Shown piece by piece: positions 13,101 to 25,159 of a stretch of 64,000 nucleotides of DNA. Made by a program: the position numbers and the translations under genes. The stretch is from Lama guanicoe (Eukaryota): positions 1,800,001 to 1,864,000 of the forward strand of contig MU053652.1 of the NCBI GenBank assembly GCA_013239625.1. The letters are read 5' to 3'. Numbering within the stretch: position 1 is the stretch's first letter; each line of letters opens with the position of its first letter. Under the pieces are notes generated by a model. The model did not search any database and was not told the origin of the DNA. It saw only the letters and a program-made list of their open reading frames with translations.

Positions 13101-14499
13101 AGGCACACAGAAGGCTTCAATCCCATGGTCCTTGCAGACATTAGAAGTTTTAAGAACTTGTCCTCACCACAGGGTGCAGCTGGGATGTGCGATGGGTAGG
13201 GGCTGAATGTGTTAGTGAATTTCAGAGAGGACCTTGAGAGGCAGATGAATGACAGGCTTCTACAGTGTGTACACAGAGAGTGTAGTCAGCAGCCGTTCTC
13301 CCTCTCCACTGGAGGAAGTGGACTTAAATTGCTCTAGGAAGGATGGAGGGCAGATAGTCAGGAGAACTTCCTGGTTCTGTGAACTCATCAAAGGCAGATC
13401 CTATCAGCCGCCGACTCACTCAGCTGCAGGGAGTGTTTTCTGTTCTCCCACACCTGTTTTCTCCCAAAGTTCAAGAGAAGCCCTGTTAGTGAGAGAGGCA
13501 TGTTTACTCAGCCTGGAAATACGTTCTCAGCAGATCCTCATGTCCCCTAAGCTCATTGTTTTCTGCTCTTCGCTAAACAGCCCTGGTTGTGTCATTTTGG
13601 ATCAAGCCAAGCCTGCCGAAACCGTGGAAGCTGCTTTGGCTGTCTTTTCTTAGCAATAGGTCAGGAAGAGCGTGTTCTGGCTGTTGAACACTGTTACTCG
13701 GAAATGCACTGAACTTGCTGCTCTTGGGTTGCAGTTGATTGCAGAATTGTCCAAGGTGGTGACTGGTGATGTGTCCATTCGTATACGCATGTTGAGCGTG
13801 TATGATGTGTACGCCGCAGATATACATGCACTGGGTCAGCTGTTTATTTCTGCACATGCATCTGGGGATTCGTTGCACCATCATATGTGCTTCTGCAGCC
13901 AGGGGACATATATGGATATGGAGAGTGTATGTGTATGTGGGTGTGTGAACACGGGCATGTGACCCTCATCAGTGACCCATGGCTGCATGTCTGTGCAGGT
14001 ATCTGCAGCACATTTGCAAATGTCCATTCTTTTTGCTCATGCTATTCTCCTTGCCTTAATGGGGGAGAAATTGCTTAATGTTGGCAGCGCAATAAAGAGA
14101 AACCGATTTCAGTGGAATGTTCCCTTGCCCTGCAGACACATTGCCACCGTTTTTATGCTGCACATTACACCGTGGTGAAATTTAGTTAATTTTATGGTTT
14201 GTTATTACAACAGCAGAGTGGATTGAGAGAGGCAGCTTTTGTTGGCTCCACGTCCCAAATTTCCTGGGTGTGATGGGAGTCAGAGCAGGAAGCTAGCAGC
14301 GGTCAGAAACCAAGTCCGCGCAGAAGCAAAGGGGCTGCTCTAAGTGGCTTTTAACTTGTGTAACTTATGGGCGTTAGTTAATTGGTCAGCAGAGGCTTGG
14401 CTTCCGCCCTCACTGAGTGCATATCTTGGTCAGGGAATCAAAGGAGCATTCCTAGACAGTGAGAAAACAACCAGGGGCTCAACTGTTTTGCTGGAAAGC

Positions 14500-14690
14500 A
14501 GCGTGTTTTGGTGAAGAGAGCCTTGCGGTCTGAATGTTTTGTGTTCAACTCCCAGCTTTGCCATCTATTGGCTGCTGCATCTCCGACCTCAGTTTCTTCA
14601 TCTGTAAAGTGGGATAGAAATAAATGGCCACCCTCTGAGGTTCCTGGGAGACAAGCTCCTAGAACACATTAGGTGCTCAGTAAGTGTTCC
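14500..14690 (+). mobile_element. MIR SINE
   Basis: tgtgttcaactcccagctttgcca...cctcagtttcttcatctgtaaagtggggata...taggtgctcagtaagtgtt. Confidence 0.75.
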
Positions 14691-17600
14691 TTCCTCTTCT
14701 CCCCTCTTGCCTAGGAAATCTCTCTGTTTCAGAATCTCTCTGGAGGCGAGAGAAAGCCAGTGTAGGTAGGGTTTTGAAATCAGACTGAGTAACAAATGGG
14801 AAGAGGTGAAGAATACAGAGGTGGTAGTGCCCATAATTCCTAAACCCCCAAATCAGGACATACAGTCCGAGAGCTTTGAAAGGATTATTCTGGAAGAATA
14901 GGTGCTGCCTGGGTCAGATGCTGAGCACCTAGACTGGGAGCGTGACAGAAAGCCAGTGGCCCGTCGGGAGGTCCGCCGTCAGTCACTCTGAATGAAGCAG
15001 AGCTATGAGCATTCTTATTTATACTACTAATGAAGCTAATTAAATCTCAAATCCGAAACAGAGTTGGTGTGGACTGGAAAACTTGGAGAGCAGAAGCTAT
15101 TTGCACAAGAACATGGCTTTCCTTGTTATTCTTCTCAGCTGGGTCCTTGGATCCCGCCACCAATGGTGGGGCAAGCAGATGACAAAGAATATGTCAAGCT
15201 CACTATCATTCCTCCAAGGTCTGGCAGCTTCTTCCCCGGGCTGCGAGGCTGTTTATCTCTCTGCTAGTGACTCCCTTGTTCTCAGCGGGCTGGAGCCCAG
15301 AAACTCCCATTGGTCTTGCCAATTGGCGTGTGCTAGATGGGATGTACCACCTGCAGGCCCCTGCTTCCCGCCTAGGATGGGGGTGGGGGGACTCTTGAAA
15401 TAAGGAGACTAAACAGACAAAGACCAGCCATTTCAAGTGCTTGGGTCAGCGGTTTTACTCCTCCATTGATCCAGGCTCTCCTCTTTGGGAGCCTGTTTTC
15501 TGGAAGTCTCCTTGCCCTGTCTTAGCAGAGCTCTGGGAGCACTGACATACTATCAATTCATCTTCTATGATGGTGTGGATGAGAGAAGAACAAACAGTGA
15601 AATCTTTGTTTCCAGAGTTGAGACTCATCATTTCATGGATTATGTCAGAACTCACCCATTTCAAATTTAATGTAGGGTGACCTTGAGCTATAATGCTTAA
15701 AAAAAAAAAAAGTTTCTATTTTGGTCTAGGAAGCCCCAGAATGAAAGTATTTGAAAACCACCCAGCAAGACTGACTCATTGAAGGAGAACTGAGTCAAGT
15801 GCTTTGGGGTAGCGGGGAGAGGAGGCTGGGACTTGGGAAGGGACACCCTCTGGAGGAAAAGACAGGTCTCTAGGTCACAGCATTAGAGAATAATTAGATT
15901 CTGGCAATTTTCGCCATCAGTAGACCAACCCCCTTATTATAGAGAAGGGAACTGTTTATTTAGTGTTCTCCCTCCAGCTCAAAATACTCGTACTGTCCTT
16001 AATTTCTGATAAAGCTCATGATCACTGTGGAGGTTGCTGGAGAGAACTGCGTGTTTGTGAAGACTGTTTAGGGACTAAGGCTGGGGTTTTGCAATATTGT
16101 GAGTCATTGTGAGTCACTGAAGCACAGATATGGGGCAAGGGGTGATGAAGTTTTGAAAGATTGAAAAGCAACAAGTTTTCCTTCACAAAAAATCTATGCT
16201 GAATATAATCTATATTTTTTTAAATTATCTGGAAGTAGTCAAGATTTTTACAGGGCTGGAGCAATCACCCCAATATTAACCCATCAATGTAAATGTGCAG
16301 ATATTCTGGTTCATAGAAAGATCTGGTAAATAGAATAACAAAAACAACACATGGTACTGCATTTTTAAGGTTTTGTAATCTGGTTTATTTTATGATTGGA
16401 AAATTAGACTCTAATGAGAGGCACCTGTCCTACCCCCATTCAGTCCCAATGTCCCAGACACTGGGTAGTGGGGTCTCTGAGGGTGGTAGCTTTGAAGAAA
16501 TAACCCAACATTTATACACATAAAGGAGCTTCAGGCCCCCCCCCATTCCCTCTTGTTTAACCCACAAAGTCCAATCCTGATCCTGGGCCTAACATAGTGA
16601 ATGGTCCCTATATCTTGACTTCCTTGTTGTTTGCAATCAGGACACAAACTGAGGTGTCACTTTCTAAAGTAAGCCGAAGTCTCAGAAAGCACCAGAGAAC
16701 AATTCTTAGCAATAGATCTGCCTCTTTTAATATACAATCAGCAAGACCGTTCTCTGGGAGAGGAAGGGGTGGGGGGGAGACTGCCTTCCACTCCCTACCG
16801 CTTAAATATTTTACACTGAGCCACAAGAATTCCATTAAAAAGATGCTACGTAGTATAAAAACAAAGAGTTGTAGATGTTATAAAATCATCAAAATTATTA
16901 AATGCACTTAATTAGTGTAACAACAGGGGCTAAGTATGTGTACACAGCTATGCTCAGAGCACCTTATAAACAGGGAAGAATCAGGGCTTACAGGACCCAG
17001 GAAAGGGAGTTACATATAGTCTCTCCGTATGGGAGAGAGAGGAAGGATCTGAGGGGCTGGCAGTTGGAATGAGTTTTGTGCTGTGCCAACAACTATTTTC
17101 CCACCAAGCTCTGCTGTCAGGGTTTACGGGACGAGGCACGGTCAGTGGCAAGGCCTGGGACGTCTCCCTAGCAAGTCCCCACTGGACCCTTGGGAAGTGG
17201 GTTACTGAGCTGATTCTCCAGACCAGAGGAGAAAGGGGCTTTCCTCTGATCTCTTTCTCCCAGGGCCCCCCAAGCTTTCCCTCTCCCCCTCCCCCCTTGC
17301 CTCTTCCCCCTCCCCCTGGGAGAGAAGCACCCCTCCAAATCCAGACACCTCCTGGAGGACCCCCACAGTGGACTCGCCCTCCGGCAGCTGAGTACCAGGC
17401 ACAATGAGACAGCCCAGTGCTGCTCCAGCCACACCTGCTCTCCCTGCTGAGCTGTTAGCAGCAGGAACCAGCGAGGAGTTGGGAGGTTGGGGGGTGTCCA
17501 ACACCTCCCCTTCATAGCCTCCCCTGGCACCCACCCTTGCCTAGGTTGCCCCACAGTTGCTTGGTGCTACCTTCCTGCCTCCCCAGTTTCCCTCTTCCTT

Positions 17601-17894
17601 CTCGCTGAGGATCCAGGGGAGTACCAGCTCTGGGCTGGGAGCAGGTGCAGGATGGGGAGGAGCTGGGGGAGCCCATTATCACTCCGCACACACGTTGTCT
17701 AATGAGCATCAGGCGGGGAATCCCGGTAACAAGCCAACGCCAGAGACCCCTCCCCACAAACCCCCCACCAGCCTTGCCCAGGGAAGGCTGTTGTGGAGGA
17801 ACAAGCAGACAAGGACGGCTGCCTATCCTAGTTTCGAACCCAGAATTGGAAACTGGTCATGTTCTTTTGAGATCATTGAATCCAATGACTTTTA

Positions 17895-18090
17895 AATAGT
17901 GGTGTGATACCCATTAATGTGTCATGAAAGCAACTTAGTGGGTCGTAACCAGCATTTTGCTTTAAAAAAACAGGAAAATATCAGAATACATGTCACATAT
18001 AAAGGGAACCTTTCCTTTTGTCACCTATAAGTATGTGTGTCCTGGGTTGACATGCATTTCTGACTGTAAGTCTTAAAGAAAAAGCTGGAG
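17895..18090. mobile_element. hAT-Charlie-type MITE (family uncertain)
   Basis: tcatgaaagcaacttagtgggtcgtaaccagcatttt motif recalled from old MER DNA elements. Confidence 0.45.
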
Positions 18091-20544
18091 AAAGACGATG
18101 GTAGCCAAGCCCTACCCCTTCCGCTCTGATTTCCCTCCAAGTTCCCTGAACCAGTGGGAACCACCCAGGATGCAAAGATTTCAGCTGAGGAAACGCCTCA
18201 CTCCTGTGGGCCAGCCTGTCCTGGTTTCACAAACACACCACACTTCTAGCAGGCTCTTCCCTGCTGTCCCATCTGAATACCAGTTGACACCATTTCTCTC
18301 ACTTGGTTATAGAAATCTGGCCACCCTTCATGTCATAATCCTGATGAAATTCTCGCAGTGAGGGACTTAGAAATCCCAGCTCCTCAGCTGAGAATTGAGC
18401 ACACCTACTAGAGATGGCGCTCGGCCTTCCTTCCTCATTTCAGAGCTGAGCGGGTCCCAGGGACGGACTAGGGAAAGGCCGTGTCCCAGGCAATGCATCA
18501 GCGGAAGTTTTAACTTAAATGACAGGCATATCCATTCTCTGGCCTGAGGGTCTCAGTCATTTTGTGCAAAGAACCGTGACGTCTTTACACCTGAGGTGGA
18601 CACAGTGATGCCCGTGCACCCCCTTCACAGGAGCAGGAAGGCACAGAGATGCGTCAGGGATTCCAGAGGCTTTGGGGAATGGTCTCTTGATTAACAGTGA
18701 ACTTACTATGAACAAGATGTGAGTGCCTGAGGGACAGTTGGGAATCATCTGTGCCTGCTTACATGGAAGATAAGCCTGCTGCCCATTGAGTTCAGTGCCC
18801 CGCCCACAGGCACCCCAGTCCTGTGGCTGAGCAGAGTCTAGAACCCAGCTCTCGACACCCAAGCGCTCCCTGCATCTCCGGGGATCTTTGACTGTCACTT
18901 CCGGCGTTCATGGTGCTGCTCCTTCTCCTGCGGGAAGCAGTCCTCGCCCCATGGGACCCTCACTGCACACTGTTCAAGGCACATGGGCCACTCCTGGTTT
19001 TGCCATCACCTTGTCCAAAGATGGTGCTGGGGCCAGTGGGGTCCAGAGCTGGCACCTTGGGCCCCTGAAGGGAGGCGCGGATGGAGAGCCGGCAAACAGT
19101 GGCCTCGCATTAGTATGAGGGAGATACTGTAAACTTGAGGTTATTACTTTTATCATTGTTATTATTAGATTTAATGGCCGAGTGAGCAGTTCACTTGGCC
19201 CTAGTAGAAAATTGCTCCTGACAGCTCTCCATAAGTGCAGGATCTGGGGAAGGCGATGGCAAGGAATGCTCTCACCTTTGCTGGGGAGTGACATGTGCCA
19301 GCCTTGGGCATGGACAGCCCAGGTCCCTGGGGACAGCTGGGCAGAGCATCTCGCCCCTTCCCGGGCCTGGCACTCTGGAAGGGATGAGGGCAGGGGGCAG
19401 GAGGCTGCAGGCCCCGAGGGCTCTTAGCAGAGGCATATGCTGTCCTTGGCAAAGGTGAGATATGTGGTATGTGCCCCAGTCGGGGGGTTCAGGCCTCGGG
19501 GCCCTGGGAGACTCCCATATCCGTCTCCTTCCCACGCTCAGCCGAGTCCATTAGAAATGTATCTCTGGTTCCCAATTGCTCTTCTGTGCTGTTAATTTGT
19601 GGTCGTATTAATTCCTGGTGTTATTATACAGCCAGGTGATGCAGAACAAAGCTTCTCATTAACATGGCCAGGGAGTTGCTGCTCCTGCCAGGGTCGATCC
19701 CCTCCCCCACCCTGCCCCACTGCCATCTCCGCTCTGTTTTGACCTGAATGGAGCCTTGAACCTTGGAAAATGACTGGCGGATCCCGGGACCCAGGCAGCA
19801 ATTTGGGAGTCAAAGGTGACTGAGGGGATCGCAGGAGGGAGCAGCTTTCCTCTGTCACTGCCCTTCGGTGCCCTTCTCCTTTATTTAAAAAATGTTTTCT
19901 TATGTTTTTAGGCACCACCTGCAACCCCTGTGACAAGTGTCTTGGGCTGCTTTTGTGATGAGTAGGGAGGCATCATGCACCAGGTCATTGGCAAGGTGAC
20001 TGCCAGGGTTAGTGGTGCCGTGTGGTCTCGGACGAATCCCTCCCTGCGAGCCCTGTCGACTCGTGACCCACAGGTCTAATCCGCAGCTCAGCTCAGGCAC
20101 TCGGCCCCTAACCCACCATGGCATTCACATAAGGGGCTCAATTTGGGCCACTCCCCTCCTCACAGCCACACACGGGACACAATTTGGAATGGCAAGTATC
20201 CCCAGTGGGGCTCCCTGCCCAGAGCAGAGGGCACATTTTATTTTTAAGGACTGTAGGACTTCTCTCCCCTTCCTCAGTTCCTGTCCCCTCTGAATCATTC
20301 ATTGGTAAGCGGGTTATATTTCACTCTGAGTGGTGATTACTGGAAAGGTGTAAAAGCTTCATTCTGGTGGTTACTCTGCCACTGTGAGACAATCAATTAA
20401 ATCCCTGCTGGTGTCCCAAAGCGCCCCCCGCCCCTGACGGGAGGTGGGCAGCATCCTTGAGGCCTCCCCACCGCCCCCAGCTTCATTTTCTTTCCACCAC
20501 CCCCTCAAGCATCCTCTGCTCAGCCAAACGCTGCAGGTCCACCC

Positions 20545-20825
20545 ACCTCTAGCCTTTGCACATGCTGTTCCCTAAACTAGACTGTTGCCTCTCTCCATCT
20601 GCAGAAGGCCCACTCCTTCCTTAAGAATCAGCTCAGGGGCATCTGCTCTGTGACCCCTGCCCTTGCCTCTCCGCACACCCACTTTCTAGATTCCAACTAT
20701 AGCCCTCAACACACAATGCAAAGCACCCCTGGAAAGAGTTAGGTCTCATATAGCTTATTTGTACCCAGTGCCCAGCACAGCACCTGACTTCCTGTGAGCT
20801 CAAAAAATATCTGTTGAATGAACGA
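20545..20825 (+). mobile_element. L2 3' fragment
   Basis: gcctttgcacatgctgttccct...cagctcagg...cccagtgcccagcacagcacctgac...gctcaaaaaatatctgttgaatgaa. Confidence 0.8.
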
Positions 20826-21567
20826 TGGAATCCTCCCTGTTTTGTAAACAGAAAATCTTCATCACAAGGCTCAGAGAGCTGGGTCAGGGGCAGCGGGACT
20901 GGAACCTGGGAACTCTGGTTCCTGGGTGCAGCCCCACTCATCTGTCAGTATCCTCAGACTTCCAGAGTGCCTCCAGAGGCCAGGAGTCAACCCATCTTTA
21001 TCTCCATGTCTTGTGATCCCTGGAGAATGGCTGGTGTGAAGGGCTTTGAATTGTCATTGTTTTGGTCATTAAAAACTACCCGTGGAGCTGGAGGCCTGTG
21101 ATGCAAACGAGGCGAAGCAGCTGTAACTGGCTCCGGGCTCTGGGCGATGCTGCCACAATTAAGGGTTGTGCTCAACCAGTTCTCTCTGGCTTCCATCAAG
21201 GCAGGGTGTGACAGTCACTGGGTCTCAGGGCCAACAGCAGGGGGACAGACAGGTGTGGGGCTGAGCACCCTTGGGCAGAAATCTTGTGGACGCAAACCCA
21301 AGGAGCTCACTACTTCCTTGTATAAAAGGGGAAACAGGAAAAAAACTTAAAAATACACCAAGAGTCAGTGTCAGGCATGGGGTGAAGGAATGATGGTGGT
21401 GGTATTCCCAATGATCAGAGTGGGTTTGGGGTGAGGGCTTGAAGGGTAAGGTTGGGGCTGGATTCAAGGACAGACTCCACGTGCAGTGAGGGGCGGGGTG
21501 GGGGCATTCGGACTCTGCCTGGAGGTCTCTTGTGTGGGCTGACAGTCAGGTATCCTGTGAGTGACGT

Positions 21568-21732
21568 CCCCAAGCTTGAGTGAGCCTCAGGCTTGTTACA
21601 ACACGCACTGCTGGCTCCACCCTGGATTCTGATTCTTGTCTGGAGGGAGGCCTGAGAATTTGCATTTTGAACCAGCCAAGCGATGCGGATGCTGCTGGCT
21701 GGCCCCAGGAGCACCCTTGGAGAACCACGGCC
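21568..21732. mobile_element. MER5A-like hAT-Charlie MITE
   Basis: gctggctccaccctggattctgatt...ggcctgagaatttgcatttt...gatgctgctgg...cccttggagaaccacgg. Confidence 0.75.
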
Positions 21733-23584
21733 TTAGAGAAACCAAACCGACTTTCCCCTGGGAACAAGACCATGGGAATCTCTGGCAGGGTGTGGCATCC
21801 TCCGTGGTTGGGTCTAGGTGAAACACAACCTCTCCTTGTCTGCAGTGCTCTCTACCTCTTAGAGTTGCCGTGAACGTGACCTGAAATAATGCACGCGGTA
21901 ATTTTGATTACTATCAGCTTGTTCAGCTGTTTTGAGACGGTCAGTTGGGTTGAAGGTCCGGTTCTGAGCCATGCTCTTCTCCCCTCACTTGAGTCAACGT
22001 TCTCGTAAGGACGGGCAGTTGGTGGCCCAGGAGAGCTCGTGAGGGTCTCCACGCAGGCCATCCCAGAGGAGGAACGCCCTCTCCGTGAAAAGCCATCCCC
22101 CACCGAGGGCTGTGCCCTCCACCCGCAGCCATCAGGAGCCCTCCTTCTCAGCAGGATGCTGCGGTGAAGGGCTTTATTATACTGAAAGCAGGCGCCTGAG
22201 CGCCTCTCTCCCACAATAGGTGCTGCCAGCAGCACGACTTAAGAGGACGGAAGTGCTGTGTTTATTCTACACGTCAGGTAGTCGGTTCAGCGTGCGCTGC
22301 GGCTGCGGCTGATGACACACCCTGTAGCGCAGAATCCAGCCTTCACCTCTTAATGCCTGCTCTTTCCGCTCTGTGAGCGGGCTCTCTGTCCCCACAGCCC
22401 ACCCCGCCAGCCCATCCCCGGGGCCCAGTCCCTTGCTCCCTGCGTGCCCCGACAGTGCCAGGAGTGCTCAGCGAGGGCCCTCTGTGGGGCCCGTATGGCC
22501 CATATTGGGTGAGCTTTGGAGGTTCAGGTTGGCGGGGTGTGACATGGGCGGGGTGATGAGACCAGTGCTGGCAGCCCTGCATGGCGGATACTTGGGACGT
22601 GATGGACGTCTCCTACGGGCTGACTCATAAACCTTCCCCAAGGACACCTTCCCCTCAGGGCTGAGGAGGGGAGCTGTTCTTTTCTGGGGTGTTCGTCCAG
22701 CTGGCATGGTGCTGGGGACTCATGGACGGTGTGTCCCCGGGAATCCTGCAGAGCAGGTCTAGGCAGAGAGAACACACCTTCTCTTGTTCTTCATCCTGGT
22801 TTGGCTCCCATGAAGTGCTCTCTTGGGAACTGTCACCCTTTACTTTCTCCAAGGCTAGGACCCTGTTGAACCTCTTCTTCTGGTACTAACCCCTCCTAGA
22901 GTCAAGACCCCACACCCTCTAGTCCTTGCGCACAGCCCCCTGGACCAGAGGTAGGACGGGTGGGGCAGGGTCAGGCGGCTGCCCCAGTGCCGCCAGGGGT
23001 CGAGCATCTTGCACAAAAATGCTCCTTTTGTGCAGCCCTCCCCCAGACCTACATGCCTCGGTGATGTCATGATGGAGACTTGGTGGGGAGGGCGATGGAG
23101 GGGGAGGGTGTCATGGGCCAAGAGGATCAGAAACGCAGCTGAGAAGGTGGCTCAAAATAGCTCATGGAGAACAGGCTTCTGCTTGACAGGCTGACAAGGA
23201 TGTGCCTGGAGCCAAACACTCCTCTTTTGAATGCTCTGTCTCCTTCTAATTATGGATCTGTCAGGAGGAAGAGAAGTCAGTGCCTGCCCGACCCCCATGA
23301 CCCTTCACTTAACGTGGAGATGGAGACGGGAAACCCAACCCCCAAGAGCAGGGCCAGGCGCCTCACTGGGGAGACATCTCCCACCCCCATCCCTTCCTCG
23401 GGGAGCGGAAGTCTCTGCCACCATTGCTGGTTTCCTTCCAGGTGGATGAGAGAGCTCACCTGTGTCCGCAGCAGGGACGGGTCTCCCTTTCTCAGAGCCC
23501 AACGGGAAGAATGGGGAGCTCCATCCATCCTGCAGGTGGACGAGGGGCCTGGGTTTGCAAGGCTGTTCCCCTCCCTCCCTCCTT

Positions 23585-23990
23585 CCTTCTCCCAATACCT
23601 CTTCACTCCTTTCGTGCCACAGAACTTTCCGAGACCCTGGGCACAGATGCTGGAGGAACAGTGGGCAATGGGACAGACATGGTTGCTGCCCGCAGGGAGT
23701 TTCCCTTCTAGCAGGGGAAACAATAAACCAACAGCTAGAAGTGCAGGTTGTGTTACAGAGAAAAAACGGTGAGGGGATGGCAGCGGATTAGGGGTTGGGG
23801 CCACGGGAATCAGAGGAATTGGGGAAGATCTCTCCCAGGAGAGGTGCCATTTGAGTAAAGACCTGCAAGAACCGAGGGGCAGCCCCATGAAGTCCTCCTG
23901 GAAAGCATCCCCAGTGGACAGAAGAGCCTTGAGGCAGAGACTCAGGTTGGAGGCTTAGCAGGAAGGCTGGAGAGATGGGAGTGAAATGCG
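23585..23990 (-). mobile_element. L2 fragment
   Basis: gatgctggaggaacagtg...acagacatggttgctgccc...ggagtttcccttctagcagggga...catttgagtaaagacctg. Confidence 0.65.
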
Positions 23991-24096
23991 CAAGGGGAAG
24001 AAGTGTGGATGAGTGTGGGGGGGCCCATACCACGTCGGCCACGGAAATGCCAGGGACCCGTTCCTCAAGGGCTTTCAGGCATCTGATTCCAAGACG

Positions 24097-24570
24097 CATC
24101 AGTCTGGGTTCTCCAGAGAAATGGAAGCAGGAGATAGAGAGACAGAGAGACAGACAGATAGACAGACAGCTGGTAGACTTACAGATGATAGATAGATAGA
24201 TAGAGTAAGATAGATGATAAGAAATTAGCTCCCAGTGATGTCAACTCCAGTCTCTGAGCACAAAGGCCTAAGAACCAGAAGAGCAGATGGTGTAAGTTCC
24301 AGGCTGAGCCTGAGTCCAAAGGCAGGAGAAGACTGATGTCGCAGCTCCAAGACAGGCAGAGAGAGAGAGAGAATTCTCTACTGCAGCCTTTTTGTCCCAT
24401 TCAGGCCTTCAGCGGATTGGACGAGGCCCACCCACCCTGCGGAGGGCTATCTGCTTTACTCAGTTTATCTAGTCAAATGTTCATCTCCTCCAGAAACAGC
24501 CTCACAGACACACCCAGAGTGTGGAAAGCTTGGGGCCCAGTCAAGTGGACACATAGAGTTAACCGTGATG
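24097..24570 (-). mobile_element. MLT2-like ERVL solo LTR with internal (GATA/GACA)n microsatellite
   Basis: gggttctccagagaaa...gatagatagata...cggattggacgaggcccaccca...cctcacagacacacccaga...ggcccagtcaagtggacacatagagttaacc. Confidence 0.85.
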
Positions 24571-24769
24571 CAAGGGGACTCAGTTCAGGGTCTGTGGAAG
24601 AGGAGAGAGACTGGGCAGGGGTGATAGGAAGGGCTGCTGTGTCCAGGAAGTCAGCTCCTGTGGCACCTACGGCCTTCCAGGCCTGGGGGCTCTGCGCCCA
24701 CATCCCTCCCTCCCCTCGCACACGGCCATCTCTGACGTCCGAGGATGGCCTGCGGGTTTACAGTCCTCT

Positions 24770-25159
24770 GCTTCTAGGACTGCTGTAACAAAGTACCACA
24801 CACCGGGTAGTTTGAAACACTGTCTCATGGTTCTGAAGACTTGAAGTCTAAAATTAAGGTGTTGGCAGGGTCTCTCTCTGAGACCCTGGGTAGATTCCTT
24901 CCTTCCTCTCCCAGTGTCTGGTGGTGGCCGGCCTTTCTTGGCTCACAGCTGCCTCACTTCAATCACTGCCTTCATCTTCCCATGGCATCTTCCTCTTTCA
25001 TAGGGACACCAGCAATACTGGATTAAGACCCACCCTATTAACCTAATCCTATCTTGATTACATCAGCACAGCCCCCATTTCCAAATAAAACCACATTCAT
25101 AGATACTGGGGGTTAGGACTTCAACATATTTTTGGAGGGACATAATTCAACCCATAACA
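24770..25159 (-). mobile_element. MLT1 (MaLR) solo LTR
   Basis: ctaggactgctgtaacaaagtaccac...aaggtgttggcaggg...tttccaaataaaaccacattc...gggggttaggacttcaacata...cataattcaacccataaca. Confidence 0.9.

Noticed and set aside
23164..23888. Overlapping ~200-aa ORFs on both strands
   Set aside because: No recognisable domain; they overlap a decayed L2 in GC-rich DNA where long chance ORFs are expected.
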